The notes under the pieces: model-generated
What the model was told of the DNA's origin: nothing
What the model saw: only the letters and a program-made list of their open reading frames with translations
The model's database searches: none
Program-made: the position numbers and the translations under genes
From: Spirochaetes bacterium GWE1_32_154
GTDB lineage: Bacteria > Spirochaetota > GWE2-31-10
Direction of reading: 5' to 3'
Assembly: GCA_001829315.1 (NCBI GenBank)
Contig: MIAY01000011.1
Coordinates: 69,403-133,402 of the forward strand
DNA: 64,000 bases
Part shown: piece after piece, positions 18,893 through 29,473 of the stretch
Layout of the letters: each line of letters starts with the position of its first letter
Numbering within the stretch: position 1 is the stretch's first letter

Positions 18893-19563
18893 GCAATAAA
18901 AAAAGAAGATACAAAGGCAAAAGGCCGCCAAGTGACCTTCGTGATACTAATCTACGATCTGTTTCTACAAATGTAGAAAAAAAGGAAACAGTTCCCAATA
19001 AAATAGTTTCACAGGATGTTAAATCAGAAAATGATACCGGTTTTAGTGGTATTCGTAAAAACAAAAGACGTCCGATGAATAATCGTGATAACTTTAAAGA
19101 CAAAACCAACGAAAGACAAGGCGAACCAAAACATAGTGTTTCTATTAATGCTAAGAATATTTATACTGAAGCTACTCGAGTAGAGCTCAAAAGAGGTTTT
19201 TTAAAGTCAGAACAATTGAAATTATTTACTTCAAAAGTTAAGAAATCAATTAAATCAAATCTGGATCGAAAAAAATTATCACCATATTTAACTCAAAGTC
19301 ATGCAAGTGAGGTATGTAGTATTTGTAATAAAAATATTACAAATATGGCAACAGTAATATTTGATGAAGAAAATGAAAATTATTCACATTTTGATTGTGT
19401 TTATGATAAAGTAAAAGAAAGATGTACTTTAGGTGAGAATGAACGTATTGTTTATGTTGGAAACGGAGCTTTTGCCGTTTTAGAAGATTATAAAGAAGCC
19501 GGTGTTTACAAATTCAGAATTAAACAAAAAATTCAAATGGTTTCTCCAAGTAGTGTTAAATGA
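18889..19563 (+). CDS. hypothetical basic protein with C-terminal Cys/His cluster
   Basis: 224 aa. Lys/Arg-rich disordered N-terminal half. C-terminal CSICNK ... HFDC suggests a small metal-binding module. The stop overlaps the miaB start. Confidence 0.6.
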   Translation: MSNKKRRYKGKRPPSDLRDTNLRSVSTNVEKKETVPNKIVSQDVKSENDTGFSGIRKNKRRPMNNRDNFKDKTNERQGEPKHSVSINAKNIYTEATRVELKRGFLKSEQLKLFTSKVKKSIKSNLDRKKLSPYLTQSHASEVCSICNKNITNMATVIFDEENENYSHFDCVYDKVKERCTLGENERIVYVGNGAFAVLEDYKEAGVYKFRIKQKIQMVSPSSVK

Positions 19564-20861
19564 CATTGTTCTATATAGAGACGTACGGCTGTCAGATGAA
19601 TAAAGCAGAAAGCTCAACTCTTGTTTCATTAATGATTGAAAAGGGGTTTTGTGAAACAAAAGATTATCAGGAAGCTGATATAGTAATCATCAATACCTGT
19701 TCTGTTAGAAAAACAGCAGAAAATAGAGTTTTTGGACGTTTAGGTTTTTTTAAAAGGCAAAAAAGGTTCAGGCCTCTTGATATTGTTGTTATGGGGTGTA
19801 TGTCGCAAAGAATAGGTGAACAACTTATTAATTCTCATTACGGCATTGATTTTGTAGTCGGTAATTTTAATAAAGAAAAAATACCTGAACTTTTATTACA
19901 TAAAAGAAAGGGTGAGAAAGGGTTATTTATCGAGGAAAACACTGTTATTTTCCCTGATCCATTTCCTGAAGAATCAAATCCTGCAAAAGCATTTGTAACA
20001 ATCAGTCACGGATGCAATAATTTCTGTTCATATTGTATTGTACCATATCTTCGTGGCCGTGAGGTTTCAAAAAATTCAGCTGATATAATAAAAGACATTA
20101 ATAGACTAACTTCACTTGGTGTTTTGCAAGTGACTTTATTAGGACAGAATGTTAATTCGTATGGACTTGATAAACATGATATCGATTTTCCTGATTTATT
20201 GAAAATGATCGTAAAGGAAACGGACTTAAAATGGATTAAGTTTATGTCAAGTCATCCGAAAGATTTTTCAGATAAACTTATTGATGTAATGGCAACTGAA
20301 GATCGTGTGGCAAGCTGGGTTCATCTTGCATTGCAATCGGGTTCAGATAGAATATTAGAGTTAATGAACAGAAAATATACCAGTGGTGATTTTAAAGAAA
20401 TAGTCAGAAAACTAAAAAGTTCGATTCCTGAAATAGCATTGACAACCGATATTATTGTCGGGTTCCCCGGCGAAACAGATAAAGACTTTAATGATACCCT
20501 TGATATGATTGATTTTGTTCAGTTTGATGATGCGTTTATGTATAAATATAATGAAAGAGACAATACATTAGCTCATAAAGAGTGGGTTGACGATGTTCCT
20601 GATAAAGAAAAAGTTGCGCGTTTAAGTAAACTTATTGATATTCAACGGGTTATTAATCATTCAAGAAGAGAGCAACGGGTCGGTAAGGTTTATGAAGTAA
20701 TTCCTGAACGGCTTTCCCAGGATGGTTCAGGTAAAGTTTTAGGTGTTGCCCGGGAAGAGTTTATGGTTTTATATGATGGAAGCGAAGATGATTTCGGGAA
20801 AATTGTTAATGTTAAAACAACTGCTGCAAATGGTTCATCATTAGTCGGAGTGAAAGTATGA
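19560..20861 (+). CDS. miaB: tRNA-2-methylthio-N6-dimethylallyladenosine synthase MiaB (radical SAM methylthiotransferase)
   Basis: N-terminal UPF0004 cysteines (YGCQMN, NTCSVR, GCM), radical SAM CNNFCSYC motif and C-terminal TRAM domain. Confidence 0.9.
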   Translation: MTLFYIETYGCQMNKAESSTLVSLMIEKGFCETKDYQEADIVIINTCSVRKTAENRVFGRLGFFKRQKRFRPLDIVVMGCMSQRIGEQLINSHYGIDFVVGNFNKEKIPELLLHKRKGEKGLFIEENTVIFPDPFPEESNPAKAFVTISHGCNNFCSYCIVPYLRGREVSKNSADIIKDINRLTSLGVLQVTLLGQNVNSYGLDKHDIDFPDLLKMIVKETDLKWIKFMSSHPKDFSDKLIDVMATEDRVASWVHLALQSGSDRILELMNRKYTSGDFKEIVRKLKSSIPEIALTTDIIVGFPGETDKDFNDTLDMIDFVQFDDAFMYKYNERDNTLAHKEWVDDVPDKEKVARLSKLIDIQRVINHSRREQRVGKVYEVIPERLSQDGSGKVLGVAREEFMVLYDGSEDDFGKIVNVKTTAANGSSLVGVKV

Positions 20862-22003
20862 AATATTTTCTTCTGCTTTCTGTTTTTTTTTCTGCAATGA
20901 TTTCACATGGTATGACATTTTCGGAAATGTATAAAAATGCATTAATCAGTGAGCGAAAGGGTGAGCTGTTTATAGCCATCAATGAGTATGAAAATGCGTA
21001 CCGTATCGCTCCTACTTCAGTTATGAAAGAACAGATTGAATTGAAAATAGCCCGTATTACAGAAGATTATGCGATTAAAACCGGTTTATATGAGAAATTT
21101 CTAAAGAATAATGATAAATCAAGATTTTACTATCTTGTTTGCTATGAATTAGGAACTATCTACTATTTAAAAAATGAATTATCAAAAGCCATTAATATAT
21201 TTTCTATTCTTGCTTCTCAAGCATTCGGCACTCCATATTTTATCAAATCAAATCTTTTTATAGCTTCAATTTATTTGAATACTAATCAGCCTGATAGTGC
21301 AATACCGGTTATTCATCGCGTATTAGAGACAGTTGAAGATTATGAAGAAACTGCAGAGTGTTATTTTCTTGCCGGAAAGGCATTTTTCCAAAAAAATAAA
21401 CTAAAAGAAGCAACTGAGTATTTTCTTATCTGTGCCGGTAATTTCTCTGATTCCTACATGGGCAGAGGGGCGTTGCTTGAACTGGTCCGGTTATTTTCTC
21501 AATCCGGGGATAGTGCTTCAGCAGAAATGTATGGCGGTATAATCGCTTTAAAATATCCAGATTCTTATGAATATAATGAGGCTGTTAAACTGATTACCAA
21601 TGTTAATAAAAAAGATGCTGTTTCTGCATCGGAAGAGCTAATTAGTTTTCAATTAGATGAACAAAAAAAAACATCTCTGCTTGATTTGATTCAATCTGAA
21701 ATGATTGAAACAATTGATGTTAAAGAAACGGTATCGGGTGATAAATATTTTTTGAATCCGGGCACGTATATTCAATTAGGTAATTTTTCTGATGAAGTAA
21801 ATGCAGAAGAACATTTAAAGAAATTGAAAAATCGTGGAGTTGAAAGTCTTGTGATATACCGCGGTATCGGAAAGGATAGTTATTTTTATAAAGTATTATC
21901 CGGTCCTTTTGTCGATCGAAAAGATGCTAATCAGAAAGTTATTGTTTTGAAAGATATGAATATTGATTCTTTTATTATGGAGATTTCTAAAAATTATGAG
22001 TAA
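20858..22003 (+). CDS. TPR-repeat protein with C-terminal SPOR (peptidoglycan-binding) domain
   Basis: Signal peptide and TPR-like helical repeats. C-terminal YIQLGNFSDEVNAEEHLKKLKNRG ... YKVLSGPFVDRKDANQ is typical of SPOR. Confidence 0.7.
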   Translation: MKYFLLLSVFFSAMISHGMTFSEMYKNALISERKGELFIAINEYENAYRIAPTSVMKEQIELKIARITEDYAIKTGLYEKFLKNNDKSRFYYLVCYELGTIYYLKNELSKAINIFSILASQAFGTPYFIKSNLFIASIYLNTNQPDSAIPVIHRVLETVEDYEETAECYFLAGKAFFQKNKLKEATEYFLICAGNFSDSYMGRGALLELVRLFSQSGDSASAEMYGGIIALKYPDSYEYNEAVKLITNVNKKDAVSASEELISFQLDEQKKTSLLDLIQSEMIETIDVKETVSGDKYFLNPGTYIQLGNFSDEVNAEEHLKKLKNRGVESLVIYRGIGKDSYFYKVLSGPFVDRKDANQKVIVLKDMNIDSFIMEISKNYE

Positions 22004-24596
22004 TGGTTATGATACACCGATGATGAAACAACATTCTGAGATTAAGCAAAAGTATCCTGATGCTTTTCTTTTTTTCAGATGTGGTGATTTTTATGAATTA
22101 TTTGGCAACGACGCAGTTGAAGCTGTTAAAATATTAAATATTGCACTGACAAAAAGGCAGAATGAAATACCAATGTGCGGTGTTCCGTATCACGCTGCAG
22201 ATACTTATATTAACAGGATGATAAAAGCCGGTAAAAAAGTGGCTATTTGCGAGCAGATGGAAGATCCTAAATCGGTAAAAGGTATTGTCAAGAGAGCGGT
22301 AACCGAAATTATAACGCCGGGAACTGTGCTTGAAGAAAAGCATTTATTAAATAAGCAGAATAATTATCTTCTTTCATTAAATATTAAAGGCCTTTGGTGT
22401 GAAGTCTCATATATTGATATTTCTACCGGTGATTTTGAGGTAACTGAAGTTGAGTTTACTCGTGATCTTAATGTTTTAAAAGCTTTATTGTTTAAAGTAA
22501 GACCGAAAGAAATAATAATTCCCGAGAATATCTGGGAAGAAAATGCTAAACTTAGAGAGTTGATTGCAGAGAATGAAAATGTTCTCATTAATCGTTATCC
22601 TGAATGGTTTTTTAATAAAGAAGAAACAACAGCAATCGTTTTGAAACATTTTAAAATATCATCATACAAAGCAATGGGGATTGGTGGCGAAAAAACAGAT
22701 ATCACTACACCCGGGGCATTAATTCGATATTTAAATGATAATTTCAGAGGCGATTTATCCCATGTCAGACGGTTACGATATAACAATAACATTGGTACTA
22801 TGGAATTGGATGAGTCGACCATAAAAAACCTTGAATTATTACGAAATCAGAATGACGGAACAATAGTTAACTCACTGCTTGAAGTGCTTGACAGAACAAA
22901 AACCTCTATGGGTGCGCGTTTATTAAAGAAGTGGATTGTTACCCCGTTAACCGATATTGAAGTAATTACAAAAAGACTTGATACGGTTGAGTTTTTCTAT
23001 AGAGAACAATTTATTCTTGAAAAAACGAATCGGTCTGTAAAGAATATAATCGATTTAGAGCGTCTGGCAAGTAGATTAGTTACTGATAAAGCCGGACCTA
23101 AAGATTTAATAGGTGTCAAAAATTCATTGGAAGAGTGTTTGATTCTTAAAGAACTGCTAAACAATATACCTGTTTTACATGATCTCGTTTCAAAAATAAA
23201 TCCCCTTGAAGATGTTGTTTCTCTCATTAATGAAGCGATTAAAGATGAACCTGCAACTTTTATTGATGAAGGAAATATTGTGCGTGACGGTTACTCTGAG
23301 GAATTGTCCACGTTGAAGGATATTGCAACAAAGGGTAAAGAATATATTGCTGAAATGGAAAAGAATATTAAAGAAAAAATAGCAGTTCCATCTCTTAAAA
23401 TAAAATACAATAAAATAATCGGATATCATTTTGAAGTCTCAAAATTGCAGTCTGTACAACTTGACAGTTCATTTATCATAAGACAGTCACTGGTTAATGC
23501 CTGTCGTTATACCAATAAAGAGTTAAGCGAATTTGAGTCAAAAATCCTCACTGCACGTGACAGTATTAATGAAATGGAAAAAGAAATATACTATACGGTG
23601 CGAAATAAAGTTGTAGAGTGTCTTGATGCAATCCAAATGAATGCTGATATAATTTCACGACTTGATATTTTTACTTCATTTGCCGAGGTTGCTGCGGATT
23701 ATAAATATACAAGACCTTTACTGAATGATGGCTATGAACTTTCTATTGAAGAAGGGCGTCACCCTGTTGTTGAAACAAAACTTGACTATAATGAGTTTAT
23801 TCCTAATGATACGGCAATTAATGCAAATGATTTTATAATGATAATCACCGGACCGAATATGGCGGGTAAATCAACCTATTTGCGACAGAATGCAATAATT
23901 GTACTAATGGCACAGATTGGGTGTTTTGTTCCTGCAAAACAGGCGGTTATTGGTGTTATTGATCGAATTTTTACGAGAATCGGCAGTTCTGATAATTTAT
24001 CCCGTGGCGAATCAACATTTTTTGTTGAAATGGCCGAAACTGCTTATATTCTTAATAATGCAACTTCAAAAAGTTTAATAATCATGGATGAAATCGGGCG
24101 GGGAACGAGTACGCACGACGGTCTTGCAATAGCATGGGCTATTCTTGAATACATACGGGATAAACGGAATATTGGTGCTAAGACACTTTTTGCAACCCAT
24201 TATCATGAATTAACAGAACTTGAAAAAAAAGGTGGTTTTAAAAATTATTCGGTTGCCGTTAGTGAGAAAAATGATGGTTTTGTTTTCCTTCACAAGATTA
24301 TCGATAGACCGGCAGAACGAAGTTACGGTGTTTACGTTGCGCAATTAGCCGGTATTCCAGATGATGTTGTTCAGTACGCAGAAAAGATTCTTGAGAATTT
24401 ACAGGATAGCGTAAAGACGGATGACGTTAAAGTTAATCTGTCATTCGAACAGGATTTATTTGGTTTCACAGAAGAAAAAAAAGCGGTTAATAAACATAAA
24501 GAAATTGTTGATATTCTAAAGTTTCTTGATTTGGACAGACTCACACCGTTACAGGCACTTACCGTTTTATATGATTTAAAGAAAAAAAGTAATTGA
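21996..24596 (+). CDS. mutS: DNA mismatch repair protein MutS
   Basis: TPMMKQH..IK..YPDAFLFFRCGDFYELF N-terminus, Walker A GPNMAGKST, DEIGRGTSTHDG. ATG 21996 chosen over the listed 21963. Confidence 0.95.
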   Translation: MSNGYDTPMMKQHSEIKQKYPDAFLFFRCGDFYELFGNDAVEAVKILNIALTKRQNEIPMCGVPYHAADTYINRMIKAGKKVAICEQMEDPKSVKGIVKRAVTEIITPGTVLEEKHLLNKQNNYLLSLNIKGLWCEVSYIDISTGDFEVTEVEFTRDLNVLKALLFKVRPKEIIIPENIWEENAKLRELIAENENVLINRYPEWFFNKEETTAIVLKHFKISSYKAMGIGGEKTDITTPGALIRYLNDNFRGDLSHVRRLRYNNNIGTMELDESTIKNLELLRNQNDGTIVNSLLEVLDRTKTSMGARLLKKWIVTPLTDIEVITKRLDTVEFFYREQFILEKTNRSVKNIIDLERLASRLVTDKAGPKDLIGVKNSLEECLILKELLNNIPVLHDLVSKINPLEDVVSLINEAIKDEPATFIDEGNIVRDGYSEELSTLKDIATKGKEYIAEMEKNIKEKIAVPSLKIKYNKIIGYHFEVSKLQSVQLDSSFIIRQSLVNACRYTNKELSEFESKILTARDSINEMEKEIYYTVRNKVVECLDAIQMNADIISRLDIFTSFAEVAADYKYTRPLLNDGYELSIEEGRHPVVETKLDYNEFIPNDTAINANDFIMIITGPNMAGKSTYLRQNAIIVLMAQIGCFVPAKQAVIGVIDRIFTRIGSSDNLSRGESTFFVEMAETAYILNNATSKSLIIMDEIGRGTSTHDGLAIAWAILEYIRDKRNIGAKTLFATHYHELTELEKKGGFKNYSVAVSEKNDGFVFLHKIIDRPAERSYGVYVAQLAGIPDDVVQYAEKILENLQDSVKTDDVKVNLSFEQDLFGFTEEKKAVNKHKEIVDILKFLDLDRLTPLQALTVLYDLKKKSN

Positions 24597-24609
24597 GCCT
24601 GTCGTTTCT

Positions 24610-25404
24610 CTAGTCTGTAGAAAAACCTCTCAGGTTTAATACGTAATTGGAATTTTCAATATCGTTACTTAATATCGTCAGTGTTGATTGAATGTCATTA
24701 GATGCAAAAAATGGTGAAAATATAATCTCTGTTTCAAAATAATCACCAGGAGCTAATTCTAATGCTGTTATATTTTTCTTTAAAGTAATAGACGGGCTTC
24801 CCGAAATTGTTGCACTAAAAATGGTAAGGGGGTTACTGCCCGGGTTCGAAATAATGAGATTAAATGCTTGTTGTGTATTTTTTATGACACTTCCAAGATT
24901 AATTGTATCCTGATTATGAGTTCTTAAATAATTAAATAGAACATCAACTCCACTTATTGGCTTCATTATAACATTTGAATTTAAGTTGATAATAAAATTA
25001 CTTTCAATTGATTGAGTTATATTAATATATAATGGCGTTTCATTAAAACCAAGAATATTTGAGTTATAATTAAAATGAAGTGTAATACTTTCATGGTATG
25101 GTAAAATTATTCTGTCTGGCGGATAATCTGTAAAGTAATAATTAACACCATTTGTTGTATCAAAATATATATTGTTTATCTGAATATCATTGTTTCCATT
25201 GTTTTTAATCGTAATTTCCAAGGGGATGGGCTGATTTGATGTGACAGTGCCTACATTATAATGTGCATTATTTTCAATAATTGAACCATTGATTGAAACT
25301 TCCACATTTAATTTTTGTGCAACATCGGAATCATTTCCGATGAACAGTGAACAACCGGATACCAGAATAATCAAACAAAAAGATAAACTGTGTATTATTT
25401 TCAT
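24610..25404 (-). CDS. lipoprotein with two repeated beta-sandwich-like domains
   Basis: ORF 24610..25467. Internal ATG 25404 gives MKIIHSLSFCLIILVSGCS (lipobox). Two similar halves (..PLEITIKNNGNNDIQI.. / ..FNLIISNPGSNPLTI..). Confidence 0.65.
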   Translation of the reverse strand: MKIIHSLSFCLIILVSGCSLFIGNDSDVAQKLNVEVSINGSIIENNAHYNVGTVTSNQPIPLEITIKNNGNNDIQINNIYFDTTNGVNYYFTDYPPDRIILPYHESITLHFNYNSNILGFNETPLYINITQSIESNFIINLNSNVIMKPISGVDVLFNYLRTHNQDTINLGSVIKNTQQAFNLIISNPGSNPLTIFSATISGSPSITLKKNITALELAPGDYFETEIIFSPFFASNDIQSTLTILSNDIENSNYVLNLRGFSTD

Positions 25405-25560
25405 GAAAACTCCACATAAATATAATAGAACAAAATTGATTATAAATCCATTATTTATTGAAAGCAAGATATTAATTTCAATTTCTAAATTATATTAACT
25501 ATAAAAAAAGACTTAAAAAGTTGGACTATTTTTTTGTTGATAATTATAATTTACTTGTTT

Positions 25561-25588
25561 TTTACAAATATTAGGATTATAGTATAAT
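25561..25588 (+). promoter_or_regulatory. candidate sigma70 promoter of the 25641-33861 operon
   Basis: TTTACA (25561-66), 16 nt, TATAAT (25583-88), about 50 nt upstream of ATG 25641. Confidence 0.5.
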
Positions 25589-25640
25589 ATAAGTTTTTAT
25601 ATGTAACTTTTCAGGACATTTATAATTAAGGGATATTAAT

Positions 25641-26765
25641 ATGAATAAAGTGATGTGTTTTGTTGTTTTGTTTTTTTATCTTCTTTCATCTCAATTATTT
25701 GCAGATGATAATGATGTCTTTATGGGAAGCTTTTTTCAATCAGTGTATACCACTGTTAATTTAATGAATGAAAGCTATTCTAAAATGGCCGGGATTAAAA
25801 GTTCAGGTGGAGTTTTAAAAGGGAGTGCGTCAACCGGTAATTTCCCGTCATTCAGTATTGGTACCTCAATAAGTCTTCTTTTTTTTACAAATCCGTTTGA
25901 TTTTTTAAAAAAGCTTGATATTTCGGGTTATAAGATTTTTAATGTAATGAGCCAGGATGGAGAAACAAATCCGATTAATTGGCTTGATGCTTATTTTTTG
26001 CCGGTTCCGGTGCCTGCATATCATTTCGAAGTCGGATTACCAAAAGGTTTCTTAATTGCCGGTAATTTTACCTTTTTTTCATTTTCACGTGACGAAATTT
26101 ACAAGAGAATTCCATTAGCGTCTTTGGGTGTTCCGTCAATTCCATTGCAAACTTTTCTTAGCTGGGGAATCGGTTTTAGAACCGGCTATACAATAATGAA
26201 TAGCAAAGCCTTTTTGCCCTGCATTGCAGCGACTGTCGGGTTTGACTTTTCAGAACAAAAAATTATTTTTGATGAATATGATATTGGTAAACTCTCAATC
26301 GGTACAAGTTCTATAAATGGAAATGTTTCATTTAATTATCTTACTCAAGTTCCTTCCTTAACAACAAGTTTAACAATCAGCAAATTATTTATTTTCTTTG
26401 AACCATATTTTGATATGAGATTTTCCCAGTCTTTTTACTATAATGCAACTGAGTTTACTTTGTTTTTAGCTACCGAAGATATGTCTGTAAGTGATAAGAA
26501 TTTTTTCGGTGATGGCATAATCAGAGTCGGTAATATAAGTAAAGATGGCAGGGGGGTAATTATTCCTGTAACTGAATTTACTATATCTACCGGGTTTCAG
26601 TTTAATCTTAAAGGATTCAGGGTTGGTTTAGGCGGTTCTTATGCTTTTGTTTCAAGATTATTAATGGCATCAATAGATATGAGAGTTCAGTTGGGTAGTG
26701 AAGTTTTTACAAAGAAAAAACAAAAAAAGGATACAATAAAAAGTACCGTTAAGGAGTCATTATGA
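25641..26765 (+). CDS. secreted protein, possible outer-membrane beta-barrel
   Basis: Signal peptide MNKVMCFVVLFFYLLSSQLFA. Alternating hydrophobic/aromatic beta-strand-like pattern with a Lys-rich tail. Confidence 0.6.
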   Translation: MNKVMCFVVLFFYLLSSQLFADDNDVFMGSFFQSVYTTVNLMNESYSKMAGIKSSGGVLKGSASTGNFPSFSIGTSISLLFFTNPFDFLKKLDISGYKIFNVMSQDGETNPINWLDAYFLPVPVPAYHFEVGLPKGFLIAGNFTFFSFSRDEIYKRIPLASLGVPSIPLQTFLSWGIGFRTGYTIMNSKAFLPCIAATVGFDFSEQKIIFDEYDIGKLSIGTSSINGNVSFNYLTQVPSLTTSLTISKLFIFFEPYFDMRFSQSFYYNATEFTLFLATEDMSVSDKNFFGDGIIRVGNISKDGRGVIIPVTEFTISTGFQFNLKGFRVGLGGSYAFVSRLLMASIDMRVQLGSEVFTKKKQKKDTIKSTVKESL

Positions 26766-27211
26766 TATATAAAGTAATAGTATGTAGTTTTGTGCTTTTT
26801 ATTTCATCTATGTCCGCTTTTTGTCAGGATGCAGCATATATTGATCAATTAGCTGATTCAAAAGTAGTATATCTCTCTGATTTAATGAAAATGGTTATTT
26901 ATATGTCAGGTGGTGTACCTGATGAGACCTATGAAGCTAATTTAACTCAATTACATACAAGTATTGGTCTTGATATTTCTAAATATGCTAAAGACCGGGT
27001 TTTAACAGCCGGTTTATTCAGTGAAGTAATTGCTAAATACATTAATCATACTTCAGGTGTTTTTTATTTATTAACCGGGAATGGCAGATATGCTGTAAGA
27101 GAATTGTCGTATATCGGTTTATTACCGACCGGTTTGTCAGAATTTGAAAAGATAAATGGTACTGATTTTTTGAGATATATGAATAAGGTGGCTTCTTATG
27201 AAAAAAAGTAG
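26762..27211 (+). CDS. small secreted protein (149 aa)
   Basis: Signal peptide ending MSAFCQD. 4-nt overlap with the upstream gene and 14-nt overlap with the downstream gene. Confidence 0.6.
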   Translation: MIYKVIVCSFVLFISSMSAFCQDAAYIDQLADSKVVYLSDLMKMVIYMSGGVPDETYEANLTQLHTSIGLDISKYAKDRVLTAGLFSEVIAKYINHTSGVFYLLTGNGRYAVRELSYIGLLPTGLSEFEKINGTDFLRYMNKVASYEKK

Positions 27212-28781
27212 TTTTGTCAGTATATTTTTTCTGATTATTTTTTCAATTTCATCAGCTCCTTATTTTGGCGGTTTTTTTATTTCAGATAATACAATTAATG
27301 CAGATTCTTTCATAACTACTGATTCTCTTGCATTCTATTTCGATGCATTAATTAATCCTCATGTCAGATTTTACAAAAGGTTATCGGCGGGGGCTTCCTA
27401 TGACGCAAAATTTACTGGAAGAAATGGTATATCCGGTTTAGGTGTTATACCTTTAGTTGAGCTTGCTTTTTTTGAGTTTAAAACATCAGGATCAAGAGAT
27501 ATTTCGTATATCAAGACAAATATTTTTACAGACGACGGGAAAAATTTTGATTTTTTTAAATTAAAAATTGGAAGAATAGCGGTAAGTTCCGGTTTATTGT
27601 TTTTCAATAATTATAAGGCTGATGGTATGGCTATTGACTTCTCAATCGGTAATTTTTCCGTGAATATTTTTGGTGTTACAAATAGTCTTGATTATACTCC
27701 TTTATTGAATTTTACCGGTTCAGGTCAAAAAACTGTTTTTACCAGGTGGGATTTGAAACGTCTTCCAAATCTAAATGAACTGAGTAATAATACAGAAAAT
27801 AGTGGTTTTATTTCAGATCGTGAAAGTCTTGGTTATAATTTCTACCTTGACCCTGAAAACAGTCCGGATTATAATTCTGAGGAAATTAAAGAATATAATA
27901 ATCTTCGTGGTATTAATTCATTAGCCGGAAGAATCTTTTCCGGAGTTGAGTTTTCATTGAGGCGTTTTTTTTACCAGAATATTTCCTTATATTTTACAAC
28001 TAATATTGATTTAATTCCTGATTATCTGGTGCTTACTCATAAATCGGCAATTCTTGATGTTCGAAATACTTTTGCAGGTCGTTATAATTCCTTTTATTTT
28101 GGAATGAGAATGGATGGCAGAATTATTTCGGGATTATACTATAATTTTGATATTGTGTATGAAACAGGGTCAAATGCGTCCTATTATAATACCGGTACAG
28201 AAATTAAATATTATAACGCATTAATTAATTCATTTGCAATTAATACTCAAATTACCTATTACTTTAATTCTAAACTTAAGCCTTTAGTTGGTCTTGGATT
28301 CAATTATGCACATGGTGATACTGATGCTGTTTATTCTGATAGAACGGTGAATAATAAATTCGGTGAAGATAACGGGTTTAAAGGAATAACGGCACATTAT
28401 ACCGGCTTTGTTTTATCCCCGGAATTTACTAACTTAATTATTATTTCATTACGAAGTGGTATTACACCATGTGCATATATAAAAAATATCTATTTATCAG
28501 GGTTTTATTTGAAAAATGAGCTATTATTATTAATGAGACCTGTACTAAAAGGTTCGGGTATTTACACTGAAAAAGCCGAGTATTCGGTGGTCGGTGCTGA
28601 TAAATATGAGAGTGGAGATAAGTTTTATTTAGGAAGTGAGTTTAATTATATTGCAGGGTACCAGGTTTTTAGTGATTTAGGTTTTGAAATTCAGGGTGGA
28701 TTTTTAATTCCTAATAGTTTGATTAGTGCTGAAAACAGGGTTTTCTGGAAAGTCGGTTTTAGCATTAATATGTCGTTCTAA
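27198..28781 (+). CDS. probable outer-membrane beta-barrel protein
   Basis: Signal peptide, Tyr/Phe/Gly/Asn-rich strands, and C-terminal ...WKVGFSINMSF ending in Phe, an OMP beta-signal-like terminus. Confidence 0.6.
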   Translation: MKKSSFVSIFFLIIFSISSAPYFGGFFISDNTINADSFITTDSLAFYFDALINPHVRFYKRLSAGASYDAKFTGRNGISGLGVIPLVELAFFEFKTSGSRDISYIKTNIFTDDGKNFDFFKLKIGRIAVSSGLLFFNNYKADGMAIDFSIGNFSVNIFGVTNSLDYTPLLNFTGSGQKTVFTRWDLKRLPNLNELSNNTENSGFISDRESLGYNFYLDPENSPDYNSEEIKEYNNLRGINSLAGRIFSGVEFSLRRFFYQNISLYFTTNIDLIPDYLVLTHKSAILDVRNTFAGRYNSFYFGMRMDGRIISGLYYNFDIVYETGSNASYYNTGTEIKYYNALINSFAINTQITYYFNSKLKPLVGLGFNYAHGDTDAVYSDRTVNNKFGEDNGFKGITAHYTGFVLSPEFTNLIIISLRSGITPCAYIKNIYLSGFYLKNELLLLMRPVLKGSGIYTEKAEYSVVGADKYESGDKFYLGSEFNYIAGYQVFSDLGFEIQGGFLIPNSLISAENRVFWKVGFSINMSF

Positions 28782-28792
28782 GGGAGAATAGT

Positions 28793-29464
28793 ATGAAAAA
28801 AATTATTGTTATAAGTTATGTTCTTTTTGTTGTTGCTATGTATGGTGATATCAAGGTTGTTTCCATACAGGGGGTTGTTCAGACTAAGAAGAATCTGTCA
28901 CAATCATGGGTAAAAGTTGCAGCAGGTGATATGCTAACAGCAGGGAATTTTATTTTTACCGGTTTTAACAGTAATGCAATTTTAGAGTATAATACAATAA
29001 AAATTGAAGTTAAGCCATTATCCCAATTACAAATATCTTCTTTGTTTTCTGATTCAAATAAAACGATTTCGGATGTTTATTTAAAGTATGGTCAGATTAA
29101 AGCAGATGTCAAAAGAATTGATACAGTTAAAACTGATTTTAAAGTACGTTCAGCTAATACTACAGCTTCTGTTCGTGGAACCGGATTTACATTTGGAAAT
29201 GATGTTTTATTGGTGGAACATGGGACTGTTTTATACCAGGATACCTTATTTAATAATGCTTTAGCCCAGAGTGGCGAACAATATCAATATGCTAAGTATT
29301 TGTATTCCATTGTTGAGAATATCGAAACTTTAGTTGCCGGGTATGAATTAACAGCAAAACCTTTAGGATTAGCTGATTCTGATGATTTACCTGAGGGGTA
29401 TGTAGCTGGTACCGGGAATGCAGGTGGGGCTCAACTTATTATTAAAATCACTGTGACTAAATAG
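28793..29464 (+). CDS. FecR-domain protein (periplasmic)
   Basis: Signal peptide. DFKVRSANTTASVRGTGFTF resembles the FecR core (..T..a.a.vRGT.F). Confidence 0.6.
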   Translation: MKKIIVISYVLFVVAMYGDIKVVSIQGVVQTKKNLSQSWVKVAAGDMLTAGNFIFTGFNSNAILEYNTIKIEVKPLSQLQISSLFSDSNKTISDVYLKYGQIKADVKRIDTVKTDFKVRSANTTASVRGTGFTFGNDVLLVEHGTVLYQDTLFNNALAQSGEQYQYAKYLYSIVENIETLVAGYELTAKPLGLADSDDLPEGYVAGTGNAGGAQLIIKITVTK

Positions 29465-29473
29465 GAGAATAGT

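Noticed and set aside
22134-23429. Antisense ORFs inside mutS, and similar shadow ORFs elsewhere (3706, 4119, 7641, 8088, 9029, 10349, 11654-12308, 32304-33089, 39600-41435, 47016-47286, 48593-51945, 55258, 57838-58524, 62430)
   Set aside because: Each lies fully inside a longer ORF on the other strand or frame that has clear family motifs. These are typical shadow ORFs of AT-rich DNA.
24842-24850. GGGTTCGAA (T-arm-like) as part of a tRNA
   Set aside because: It lies inside the lipoprotein CDS 24610..25404. There is no acceptor or anticodon stem around it.
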